IMG/VR virus record: IMGVR_UViG_3300013137_000024
Location: 1 to 56,603 of that record
DNA length: 56,603 bases
Source: a virus
Taxonomy: Duplodnaviria; Caudoviricetes
Reading direction: 5' to 3' (one strand)
Below the pieces are notes generated by a model, which worked only from the letters and a program-made list of their open reading frames with translations, had not been told where the DNA came from and did no database searches. Position 1 is the stretch's first letter. Every line of letters starts with the position of its first letter. Both the position numbers and the translations under genes were made by a program. Positions 7,527 to 16,766 of this stretch are shown here, in pieces.

Positions 7527-10028
7527 ATGTTGGGATCGTATGGTTTGACCTTTTCTTCGGAGTCTTGCAGCAGAGGGAACACTCTGGTGAATGCTGCCAC
7601 GGGTGAAGATTTGCCCTTGGCCATGCAACATCTGTCTCTGTCTGGCCAGGTTTCCCCTGCCGGGGCACTTCTTCGGGCGACACACCAGTTCAAATGCGCT
7701 GGTGCCCAACCCATGGAGGCTCTTTACATTTTCATGCTTCCCCGGGGAGCCATCCTTCGCAGATTCATTGTCAAAGGGGACGGTTTCGAGGTGGAATCCA
7801 AGCTCAGCCCCCGCGAGGAAGCCCGAAAAGAGTACGAGGCCGGAGTGGGAGACGGGCATCTTTCGACTTTGGCTGAGATGAACTCCGATGGGATGGTCTC
7901 GCTGGCCGTTGGGCAGGTTCAGCCGGATGAGATCATTACTGTCATCGTGGAACTGGTTGCCGGTGTTGACGTGTCGGATGGCCATTACCGTTTCCGATTC
8001 CCGTTTACATTGGCCCCCAGTTACCACGCTCAGGCCAAAATGACATCCACGGGGACTGGTGGCAAAGTAGAATTGCCTTCATCCGTGTTCGGGGATTTGG
8101 TACTTCCCGAATGGACGAAGGACACAGAGAATCTGCATTCGGTGTCTTTCAAGATTCAGGTGGATGCAGGAGGACCTCTCGACTCCGTGGCTTCTCCTTC
8201 GCATCGCATTCTGGTTCGTCCTGGGGCTGATGGATCGGCCGAAGTCGAGTTGTCAGCCCTAGGGGACACGCCGAACCGGGATCTCGTCCTCGATGTGGCC
8301 GCCAAGTCCATCGAACCCGTGGTATTCGCGGATCAGAAGCTGGTCAATCAGACCACAGAAGCGGGTGATCCCAACATATCGGTTTTGGCTCCGAGATGGA
8401 CAGCCGTCATTCCGTCGTTGTCTTTGCCCAAGGCGGCAAATAGACCCCGGGAGGTATGTTTCGTGCTGGACCGGTCGGGGTCGATGGCCGGCGACCCTCT
8501 CGAACGGGCCAAGGTAGCATTGAAAGCATGCCTATCGGCTCTTTCGCCTGCGGATAAGGTGGGGTTCGTTCATTTTGGCAGTGACGCCGTGCGATTCGAC
8601 AAAACTCTCTGCCTGGTGACGGATGCAAATCGCAAACGGGCTCAGAAGTGGATCGATGAGATCTACGCGGACGGCGGGACTGAGCTGGCGCCTGCTCTTG
8701 GGGAGGCAGTCGAGATCCTCGAAACACCCGGCAAAGACGTGTTTGTGTTGACCGACGGTCAGGTGTTTGAAACGGGGCCGATCATCGAACAATGCGCCGC
8801 GGCGGGGACCCGGATTCATGTCCTTGGGATTGGATCGGCATCTCAGGACCGGTTCCTAGCGTCTCTGGCACGTCGTACTGGCGGGGTTGAACGGATGGTC
8901 GGTGTGACCGAAGATGTGGCTGCCGCGGCCCTGGGCATGTTCAATGCCATTCGGCAACCGGTCCAGACGGACGTGAAAGCCACTGTCGAGATGGATGGTG
9001 GGGCCCAGGTGCAGGAACACGATATCGGAACCGTGTGGGAGGGCAAGAGCCTGCTCATCACCGACAACGGCCAATCCGGGGAGTTCCGGCCCATTCGGGT
9101 CAACCTGTCATGGGCTCCTGGGCAGGACATCGTGGTTGATCTCCCGAATCCCCGACCAACTCCGAATGGACTCTCCGCCATGCTGTGGGCTGGCCATAAG
9201 GTCGAGGACCTTGAGTCCCAATTGGACATGTCGATAGCGGGGCCGGCGGCCGAGGCCATCGAAGGTGAACTCCGGACAATTTCGACCGACTACGGACTTG
9301 CGAGCCGGGTGATGTCTCTGTGTGCTGTCGTGAAACGACCGGGGGACAAGCCCGGGGAAATGACCCAGCAAATCGTTCCGGTGGGGATGCCGGAAGGCAT
9401 GGGGAACGTTTTCGCCCCTGCTATCTCTGCGGCATTCGTCGCGACATTGGGTGGCTTCTCTTCTTACAATTCTCCTGGGTTGTGTTGTTCTATGGGCACT
9501 GGCAGTAACCACAGCACCCCGACTTTCACGTCTTATCTGGTCAGCAATCAGGCCTCGGGTTCGTGGGAAAGTCGGTCCTTTGGTCTGGTCGAAAGAGAGG
9601 ACGCCCCCATCAGACCCGGGTCCTATGCAATTCGTGGGCTCTCTTGTCAGGGCGCGCAGCCACGAAAGAAACGTATTGGATTCGCAGCCCCGGTGTTCGA
9701 TCTGTTCACCGAACTGGGCAAACTCGAATCTGATGGTGGTCTCCCTGGAAAGACCCCGGAGGATCGATTCGTTCAAACGATCCTTCTGGTCCTGGTGACC
9801 CTGGCGGCTGAAACCGAGAACACCGGTTCGCCCCTGTTCCGATCTCACCTTAATCGCATGGTCGGATTCATCACCGGCCAGGAGAAAGTTTTCAAGGGAC
9901 ACGAGGGCCTCATCCAGAAGGTGTTGGCCGCAGGAAGTGTTCCTGGTGATTGGCAGAAAGAGTACACCGGATACAAGGGTCATTCGGACAAGGTGTGGAA
10001 AGCCCTGGAATCCGCGTTCGGTGTCTGA
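7527..10028 (+). CDS. VIT (vault/inter-alpha-trypsin) plus von Willebrand factor A domain protein
   Basis: VIT-like N-terminus (HQFKC...MEALYIFMLPRGA...EARKEYEA...VGQVQPDE, FRFPFTLAPSY, PNRDLVL). vWA MIDAS motif VLDRSGSM...GGTEL...VLTDG...RIHVLGIG...FLASLARRTGG, then YGLASRVMSLCAV. GGAGG precedes ATG 7527. Confidence 0.9.
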   Translation: MLGSYGLTFSSESCSRGNTLVNAATGEDLPLAMQHLSLSGQVSPAGALLRATHQFKCAGAQPMEALYIFMLPRGAILRRFIVKGDGFEVESKLSPREEARKEYEAGVGDGHLSTLAEMNSDGMVSLAVGQVQPDEIITVIVELVAGVDVSDGHYRFRFPFTLAPSYHAQAKMTSTGTGGKVELPSSVFGDLVLPEWTKDTENLHSVSFKIQVDAGGPLDSVASPSHRILVRPGADGSAEVELSALGDTPNRDLVLDVAAKSIEPVVFADQKLVNQTTEAGDPNISVLAPRWTAVIPSLSLPKAANRPREVCFVLDRSGSMAGDPLERAKVALKACLSALSPADKVGFVHFGSDAVRFDKTLCLVTDANRKRAQKWIDEIYADGGTELAPALGEAVEILETPGKDVFVLTDGQVFETGPIIEQCAAAGTRIHVLGIGSASQDRFLASLARRTGGVERMVGVTEDVAAAALGMFNAIRQPVQTDVKATVEMDGGAQVQEHDIGTVWEGKSLLITDNGQSGEFRPIRVNLSWAPGQDIVVDLPNPRPTPNGLSAMLWAGHKVEDLESQLDMSIAGPAAEAIEGELRTISTDYGLASRVMSLCAVVKRPGDKPGEMTQQIVPVGMPEGMGNVFAPAISAAFVATLGGFSSYNSPGLCCSMGTGSNHSTPTFTSYLVSNQASGSWESRSFGLVEREDAPIRPGSYAIRGLSCQGAQPRKKRIGFAAPVFDLFTELGKLESDGGLPGKTPEDRFVQTILLVLVTLAAETENTGSPLFRSHLNRMVGFITGQEKVFKGHEGLIQKVLAAGSVPGDWQKEYTGYKGHSDKVWKALESAFGV

Positions 10029-10105
10029 TTTCTCACTCCTTCGATAGATCGCCTATATCTGTTGAGTAGTGTGACCCCGGTTCGTTGTTTTGGGAGGTTC
10101 ACACT

Positions 10106-10951
10106 ATGGCGAACACGGACAATGGCCCTCAGGCTGGTGTGGGCGGCACTTCGTACATGTACGAGTTCGGTACGAGTCCAAACACCCGGACGGCTGTCAA
10201 CCAGAAGGTGCGAATCCTGGCCCCCCATTATGGGAACAACCAGGCGTTGTATCAGGTGGGAGTTCTCTCTTCCTTCGGACCGTCCGAGAACCGAACGATC
10301 GATGAAGTTCGTGGGATCGGGTTCGGGGACAAGATTGCCGAACTCGTCCCTTCGATCACCAACGCGGCGGGTGGGACTTTCGAGAAAGCTCTCGTTTACC
10401 TTTGCAACATTTGGCAAGCAACGGGTTACGCCTCTGGTGTAGACGGGCCCGTACGGTCATTGTCGCATCATCGCTGGCCTTTCGATCTTGAGATGCAATT
10501 GGTTTTCTCCTCCCTGGCCGATTGGGACCTGGTTGGACGAGACAAGGCCAATGTCGGGGCAGATAACGCGCCCGGCACGTTCAACGGTGGGGTGAAGCGG
10601 GTTACTTACGGTCAGGTAACCGATGATATGGCCAAGGGTGATTACCCGGGTGGCGCGCCTGGAAAGCAGCCAGGACATTCTGCAGTCATTACCATTTGTG
10701 AGGCCTGTTGGTTCGAATCCTGGTCTTTGAACCTCACCAAAGATGCGGGCGCAATCATGGAGCAAGGCAACGTCAAAATCACGGCCATGCACGATTACGC
10801 CTCGATGTATGGAGAGTTCCTGGCTACTGGTAACGATCCGACCATCGGGCAATTGGGTTCCATTCGGTTCGCCAAGGGTGATGGGGCTACTTACGCGAGT
10901 TCTGTGGGCGGGCCGGCCGCGCTGGGTGGTTCTCAGCGGTTTACCGCCTAA
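10106..10951 (+). CDS. Tail tube protein (probable)
   Basis: QVGVLSSFGPSENRTIDEVRGIGFGDKIAELVP...WPFDLE...TICEACWFESWS resembles myovirus tube proteins. It sits between sheath and tape measure, with GGGAGG before ATG 10106. Confidence 0.65.
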   Translation: MANTDNGPQAGVGGTSYMYEFGTSPNTRTAVNQKVRILAPHYGNNQALYQVGVLSSFGPSENRTIDEVRGIGFGDKIAELVPSITNAAGGTFEKALVYLCNIWQATGYASGVDGPVRSLSHHRWPFDLEMQLVFSSLADWDLVGRDKANVGADNAPGTFNGGVKRVTYGQVTDDMAKGDYPGGAPGKQPGHSAVITICEACWFESWSLNLTKDAGAIMEQGNVKITAMHDYASMYGEFLATGNDPTIGQLGSIRFAKGDGATYASSVGGPAALGGSQRFTA

Positions 10952-10974
10952 TCGGTCGGTAGAGTGATACATCC

Positions 10975-11157
10975 GGGAACGGCTGGTTGCCGGGAAAATG
11001 AAAGCACAAGAAGAACGTAGAGATTCTTTGCAGGTTCTGGTCCTTCGCATCTTTTGAGAGATGGGGATGGTTAGACCCAGATGAAACCGGATAGCAAGAA
11101 CGAACCTTTCTTGTGCTGTTGAAAGCAACCTGAGCCGTTCCCTCTGAGGAGGGAACG
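10975..11157 (+). ncRNA. Structured intergenic or leader RNA of unknown family
   Basis: Nested perfect complementarity: 10975-10984/11133-11142, 10985-10990/11125-11130, 11003-11012/11108-11117 and 11032-11037/11102-11107. An alternative hairpin 11136-11144/11149-11157 covers the RBS. Confidence 0.6.
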
Positions 11158-12294
11158 ATGGACATTACGTTTGATCTTCTTGAGCGCATCTTGGCTCCTA
11201 TCGAGGATCTTGGCCGGGATGAAGTGACCATCCCTGTCGGGGACACCACTGTAACTCTCAAAGTCATTCTTCCCGAACAGGAGAACGAATCCCAACGGGC
11301 GGCGTCGGCGTCCGGAGTAGCCTCGGAGTCAGAAGAGAAAGAGGACACGTCCGAGGTCGCTGGGGTCACTAAGATGGTGGACTACATCCAGCGATTGGAA
11401 GTGGAAGTTCTTTCTCGGGCGATTGTTGCCGTTGGGGACACCGATTTTCGGGCTGTCAAGTATGTCGAGACCGACGAGACTTTGGGGGATGGTCAGAAGG
11501 TCAGGATCCCGCTGCATGCGGCATTGAAGAAGTTCGTTTTGCGTTGGGCCGGGCCAGTGCGAACCCGGATCTATCAGAACTACCATGAACTCCTTACACA
11601 AGTGGAACGCAAAGCAGAAGAGAGGATCAAGTATGACCCCTCGGATGTCACGACCGAGCTTGAGAGGGCCAAAGCCCGGGTTACAAGATTGGAAAAAGAA
11701 CTCGAGCGGCGAAAGAATCCGTCGCTTTCCAGCGTGGTGGGGTCTCAAATCCATGCAATTGCACAGGGGGAACTGACCCGAGAGTCTGAACCTGAAGAAG
11801 AATCCAAACCCCCCACTCCCGAGCCCGTAACACCACCGGCAGGCCGGCCGGTAATGGCCCCGCCTCCGGTTCAACGGGTGACACCACAGACCCCGAAACC
11901 GGTTGTTGCCCAACCCCATGATGATCTGGGGGATGTCGAAGATTCGTTTGCATCTCCGGATGACATGGGCGCCGCAGTTGAGGCCGAGAACCGGAGACTT
12001 TTGGTGGATCGTCGCCGGATCGAAGCGGGTCTCCCACCGATGGCCTCTTCGGTTTCATCGGGGATCGATCATCTCCGGGAGGTCTATGGACATCGGAGAC
12101 CCCCACATGCCGGAGCTGCCGAGGCCGCGGCCGAGGTGTTCACGGAGCCCGATCTTCCCACTGAACCTCCGGTTACGGGACAAGTCGAGGTCCTGACACG
12201 ACGGCAGGAGAGACCACCAACGCATGTCCAAGTGGATGGACCCGCTAAGGGATCCCGGAATCCTCGTTTCAACCCTCCGAAGAGGGTGCCGTGA
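11158..12294 (+). CDS. Tail assembly chaperone-like protein with Pro-rich low-complexity C-terminus
   Basis: Lies between tube and tape measure. N-terminus VTLKVILPEQE...EVLSRAIVAVG is chaperone-like. GAGGAGG RBS. Confidence 0.5.
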   Translation: MDITFDLLERILAPIEDLGRDEVTIPVGDTTVTLKVILPEQENESQRAASASGVASESEEKEDTSEVAGVTKMVDYIQRLEVEVLSRAIVAVGDTDFRAVKYVETDETLGDGQKVRIPLHAALKKFVLRWAGPVRTRIYQNYHELLTQVERKAEERIKYDPSDVTTELERAKARVTRLEKELERRKNPSLSSVVGSQIHAIAQGELTRESEPEEESKPPTPEPVTPPAGRPVMAPPPVQRVTPQTPKPVVAQPHDDLGDVEDSFASPDDMGAAVEAENRRLLVDRRRIEAGLPPMASSVSSGIDHLREVYGHRRPPHAGAAEAAAEVFTEPDLPTEPPVTGQVEVLTRRQERPPTHVQVDGPAKGSRNPRFNPPKRVP

Positions 12295-12303
12295 CGGAGG
12301 GAT

Positions 12304-13479
12304 ATGGTTCTCCCAAACACGACACCCGAACAAAGATCCCCGTTCTATGCGGACGTGGAATCTCTCATATCAGTCGGTTTTCTTAGCCATCCTGTAGAAG
12401 TCCAAGGTATCCCCATGAATCTCAGATCTCTCAGTCCGGGGGATCTATTCCTTCTTCGGACTCGAGTCGGGAATGCCGGAACGGATATTCGATGGCAGGC
12501 TTGGACTGTGGCTTCTTCCATCTGGATGCTGGATGGCTATGTGATTCTTGGGGATACCCACGTAACGGCAGAATTGTATCATCGGATCCTTCGAGTGCCG
12601 AAATCCGTTCTCGAAACCATGTTCTATGTGGCTTTGGGACTCCACAAGAGACAATCCCAGGCAATGGAAGCCGTGGAGTCCTATTGTTTCGAGAGTACAT
12701 CTCGGTTTCGATGGACAGCATTCAAGAATGGGCCTGTTAGTTCTCATGCTGGTATCCCCGGGGCCGAGAAGCTCGGGCTGAACTCCGTTCAACAGATGTG
12801 GGCGGTTTACAACGAAATCGAGGACATTCGCAACAGGGAGGAGTCGCTTTGGGAAGGGCTGAAATTGGTGGCTTCGGCATCGGCCCCCAAGGGAGTGAAG
12901 CAACTCGATGCTGCTGACAAGCGGCGGCGGGCTGCAGATCGGGATCGTCGGCAGTCGTTGATGGATAAGTTCTATTACACCCAGATTGGATACCTTCTTG
13001 AAGGGAAAGCCCCGAAGGATGGGCCTCAGTTCATTCAGCAGTCCAAGACAGTCGAGGATCTCGAAAAGGAGATGTATGACTGGGTTGTTGGGAACGAAGA
13101 CTGGCATGACAAGATCATCAACGCATACAAGAGGGAAGTCGTAGCCAAGTTCGAGAAGGAAAAGGCAGAAGCCAGGGCCAGAGCTGAAGCGTTGGCCAAG
13201 GCTGAAAAAGAGGAGTCCGGGGGGTCTCCGCCATTGGTTGGTTATGCGCCGGATGTCCTGATGGCGATGCTTCGGGAGCGTGATCAGGGCCGTGGTGGGA
13301 CTCGGATGATTTACGATGATCCTCAACGCGAATCCGTCTATCGGAAATACGTCATAGGACAGCCTGATTCCGGGCGTCTTCGTGCCGTTGGAGGCAGATT
13401 GGTCGTAACCGATGGGCCGAGTCCTACGGGTGAACCTGAACCCACGGACGAACCGGTGATGCCTGAGATGGAGTACTAA
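12304..13479 (+). CDS. Hypothetical protein immediately upstream of the tape measure (second chaperone-position gene)
   Basis: GGAGGG RBS, 391 aa, charged helical central region; call rests on gene order. Confidence 0.5.
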   Translation: MVLPNTTPEQRSPFYADVESLISVGFLSHPVEVQGIPMNLRSLSPGDLFLLRTRVGNAGTDIRWQAWTVASSIWMLDGYVILGDTHVTAELYHRILRVPKSVLETMFYVALGLHKRQSQAMEAVESYCFESTSRFRWTAFKNGPVSSHAGIPGAEKLGLNSVQQMWAVYNEIEDIRNREESLWEGLKLVASASAPKGVKQLDAADKRRRAADRDRRQSLMDKFYYTQIGYLLEGKAPKDGPQFIQQSKTVEDLEKEMYDWVVGNEDWHDKIINAYKREVVAKFEKEKAEARARAEALAKAEKEESGGSPPLVGYAPDVLMAMLRERDQGRGGTRMIYDDPQRESVYRKYVIGQPDSGRLRAVGGRLVVTDGPSPTGEPEPTDEPVMPEMEY

Positions 13480-13482
13480 TCG

Positions 13483-16400
13483 ATGGCTAAGGGTCGAAGA
13501 TCAGCAGGTAGGGGGGCGGGTGGTGGGGAAGGTCTGCTCGAATTAGCTGCCTCTTTCAAGCTGGATTTCAAGGAAGCCCAAGAGGACATTGAGGATTTCC
13601 AAAACAAGTTGAAGAAAGGTTTCTCCGACGCCGTAGCTGCCAGCATGGCGTTGGGCCCAAAACGCAACACAAAAATTCATGACGACATCAAAGAATTGGG
13701 ACAGGCGCTCCAAAAAGCTTATGCCGAGTTTCAATCATCCGAAACCAAGGCTCAAGAGACCTTCATTTCGGATACGGAAAGGGCTCAACGACAGGCAGAT
13801 GTCCGCATAGCCAAGGGGAGATATGGGGATCTCAAGAAACGCTGGGACGACGAGATGCGGATCGTTGATCGGCGCAAGAAAGCCGAAGAAGAAGCCGCCG
13901 AACGTCTCAACGGACAGCTCTCCCAAGCGACTCAGACCTTCGGGGAAGGGATGCACGGCGTGTTCCAGGACATCATGTCCAAGGATGTCGGGAACCTGGC
14001 CGGACTTTTCAGCAAATTGGCCAAAGCCAGTCAAACAGCGTCTCACAAAGCACAAGAAGCGGCCCAAGGACGTGAAGGCAAATCCGGCGATCTCATGAAA
14101 GGGTTGGGATCCTTCCTCGCCAAGATCGGACCTACCCTTGCCGCCATTGCCGCGGTCGCTGCTGGATTCGCGGCTGTGATCAAGATCCTGATTGATGCGG
14201 ATGCCCAGGCCAAGGATTTCAACCGGACGCTCATGGAAAGTGGAGTGGCCGGGGGAGGTTTGAGTTCCACCCTGGGGGGCATGGAGGAAACCCTACGTAA
14301 AACTCGAGATCTGTTCATGAATCACCCACTGTACAATTTCAAATGGGGGGTCACGCCCAAGGATTTAGCCAAGATTCAAGGGGAATTCGAAGAAGTTGGT
14401 ATGGCGTTCGGGGAGTACACCCAGAAAGTCGAGAAAGCCAAGACCGACCAAGATGCACTTGGCAAAGCTATTGAGTCGACCCTTACGTATTCCAAGTTGT
14501 TCAACATGTCCACGTCAGAGATTGCCAAGCAGTACAACACTTACATGGAAGACCTTGGAATGACCGTGGGGATCATCTCCGAACGTTTCAGTGAGCTACT
14601 GTCGGTGGCCCGGGAGTCGGGGTTCGGGGTCAAGAGGTTCTTCTCGATGATATCTCAGGCGACATCTGGCATGACCCTTTACAACGTACGGATTGCGGAA
14701 GCGGTCAGTTTGCTCGATGCTTTCGCCAAGGCCGTAGGGAAGGAAAAGGCCGGGGAGTTGTTGAAAACCGTGAACGAACAATTCCGAGATATGGATCCCT
14801 CAGAACGCATCAAGCGCGTCAAGTTGATGGGTGAAAAATATGCTAAAAAGACTCTTCAGACGGATACTCAGAAAATGGCTGCTAGTGTGCTCGAAAGCAT
14901 CAAAGGGGTCATGGCCACTCCGAAAGGAGCTGGTCTGAAACCGATTTTGGAAGAAATGTTCCGGGGGGACAAATTCGGGGGTTACGCCAAAGTTATGTCC
15001 AGTCCCGAGAATTTCAACAAGGCCGTGGGCCAAATGGATGAGGGGGAATTGGCCAAGTTCAATATGGCTATCGGGGCATACAATGAAGATCTCGTTCATG
15101 TAGCGCGTAGTTTCGAATTGTACAGCAAAGCCGTCGCAGGGGGAAATTTGCAAGGTGCTTTGCCCTATGCGGGTTTCCAGGCCAATACCAAAATGGCATT
15201 GGGAGCCTTACAGACATTGTTCAAAGGCAGGAGTATTGGTCAGATCGATTTGGCTCGTGATAAAGGTGAAAGTGAGAAAGCGGCCGAAATGGTTTTGAAT
15301 ATAGGTCCTGGACGTTTTAGGGAATTATTCAATTTGGATCGTCAATACATAGATGCACATCTGACGCTCATGGATGAAGCCACTAAGATATCGAAAGCTG
15401 CCCCCGAAGACCAAGCCAGGATGATCAAGGAGTTCAACAATACATTTGCCAAATCCATGGGTGTAGCATTGGACCTGCAAGATGGAAAAGTGATTCGTCG
15501 CAAGGCCGAGTTTGACAATGAAGGCAAACCCATAGGTGAGATTGTTGAAGACACCAAGGATGCTTTGGTCGATCTCATCAAAGTCAAACCTGCCGAGCTA
15601 AGCAAAGATACACAGATGGCTATACAAATAGCCGAGAATACTCGGGATTTCACGCAGATTCTCGAGACCGGAGTGCAAGCGGTTCTCAATCATATTTACA
15701 ATGTCGTTACAGACATCAGGGACATTCTTTTCATTGGTCGCCGAAAATTGGAAGGTGCAGAAAAAACCGCCCAACAGCAAGCCGCGGATGAAATTGCTAC
15801 TGTCATATCGGATTCACAGAAAGAGGTTATGAAGGCTCAACATGAACAACGGGATCTCGCCAAGCAGCTCAAGAAAGCAGAGACCCCCGAAGAACAGGCT
15901 GCTATCGAAACCAAGATCAGGGATGCCAAACGGCGGGAGGATGAAGCTCGAGGTCGTGAAAGGGTGGGTCGAGAGCAGAGAAGACGGGTTGTGGGGGTGG
16001 CTGAACTTCAGGATGTGGATGAGAAGGTTCGGCCCAAACTGAAAACCAAAGAAGAGTGGTTGGAATTCTCGGCTAGGGAACAAGTCGCCAAACTGGAAGA
16101 AGAAGATCCTTTGCGGGAAGGCGCTGAAATAGCCGGGGAGATTGCAGCCAGGAATGAACGGGAACGACTTCGAGCTCATCCCGAAGAGGTCTATTCTGAA
16201 ACCATCCTAGAAGGCCCATCGTCGTCGCCTAAAACTATCATTGAAAATAAGGTCGAAGAGGCCCGTCAGAAAGCGATGGCCGATTACATTAATCAAGGGC
16301 AGAAGAAATTGATTGCACCTACGGCCACGGCTAATGCCGTGGCTAACTGGGATGAATATGATCGCCGTAAGCAGGCGAAAATCGCGGCCATTCTGAAGGG

Positions 16401-16752
16401 ATCCGATCAGACTATGACCTCAGACATGGCGATCGATTATGGACAAGCTTTGGGGAGGCCTATTCCTGATGTCAAAGTTTGGGAATCCCTGACCGATGCC
16501 CAGCGTCAACTCATTCGTGATTCTTTTGATCCGGGGGACCTTCCGGGTTTGAAAGATGGATTCATCAGCCATGGGGGTGTTACCGCTCGGATTGATACGA
16601 ACGATGACGTGCTCGCTTTCCAACGGGGAGGTCCTATCGCACGGGCTATGGGGACTGGCACAACCGTCAACAACATCACTCTGGTAGGTGCCGGGCCTCG
16701 TGATCTTCTCAACGGTTTGATCAATGCCATGGATGCAGGGGTCATCCACTGA
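13483..16752 (+). CDS. Tape measure protein
   Basis: 1089 aa, helical and Ala/Lys/Glu-rich. Hydrophobic stretch IGPTLAAIAAVAAGFAAVIKILI. C-terminal DGFISHGG...DDVLAFQRGGPI...TTVNNITL. Canonical position after tube and chaperones. Confidence 0.75.
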   Translation: MAKGRRSAGRGAGGGEGLLELAASFKLDFKEAQEDIEDFQNKLKKGFSDAVAASMALGPKRNTKIHDDIKELGQALQKAYAEFQSSETKAQETFISDTERAQRQADVRIAKGRYGDLKKRWDDEMRIVDRRKKAEEEAAERLNGQLSQATQTFGEGMHGVFQDIMSKDVGNLAGLFSKLAKASQTASHKAQEAAQGREGKSGDLMKGLGSFLAKIGPTLAAIAAVAAGFAAVIKILIDADAQAKDFNRTLMESGVAGGGLSSTLGGMEETLRKTRDLFMNHPLYNFKWGVTPKDLAKIQGEFEEVGMAFGEYTQKVEKAKTDQDALGKAIESTLTYSKLFNMSTSEIAKQYNTYMEDLGMTVGIISERFSELLSVARESGFGVKRFFSMISQATSGMTLYNVRIAEAVSLLDAFAKAVGKEKAGELLKTVNEQFRDMDPSERIKRVKLMGEKYAKKTLQTDTQKMAASVLESIKGVMATPKGAGLKPILEEMFRGDKFGGYAKVMSSPENFNKAVGQMDEGELAKFNMAIGAYNEDLVHVARSFELYSKAVAGGNLQGALPYAGFQANTKMALGALQTLFKGRSIGQIDLARDKGESEKAAEMVLNIGPGRFRELFNLDRQYIDAHLTLMDEATKISKAAPEDQARMIKEFNNTFAKSMGVALDLQDGKVIRRKAEFDNEGKPIGEIVEDTKDALVDLIKVKPAELSKDTQMAIQIAENTRDFTQILETGVQAVLNHIYNVVTDIRDILFIGRRKLEGAEKTAQQQAADEIATVISDSQKEVMKAQHEQRDLAKQLKKAETPEEQAAIETKIRDAKRREDEARGRERVGREQRRRVVGVAELQDVDEKVRPKLKTKEEWLEFSAREQVAKLEEEDPLREGAEIAGEIAARNERERLRAHPEEVYSETILEGPSSSPKTIIENKVEEARQKAMADYINQGQKKLIAPTATANAVANWDEYDRRKQAKIAAILKGSDQTMTSDMAIDYGQALGRPIPDVKVWESLTDAQRQLIRDSFDPGDLPGLKDGFISHGGVTARIDTNDDVLAFQRGGPIARAMGTGTTVNNITLVGAGPRDLLNGLINAMDAGVIH

Positions 16753-16766
16753 TGATGGGGTGCTAG

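Noticed and set aside
11078-11090. Hammerhead ribozyme core (cagatgaaac)
   Set aside because: The required CUGAUGA core and three-stem arrangement are absent.
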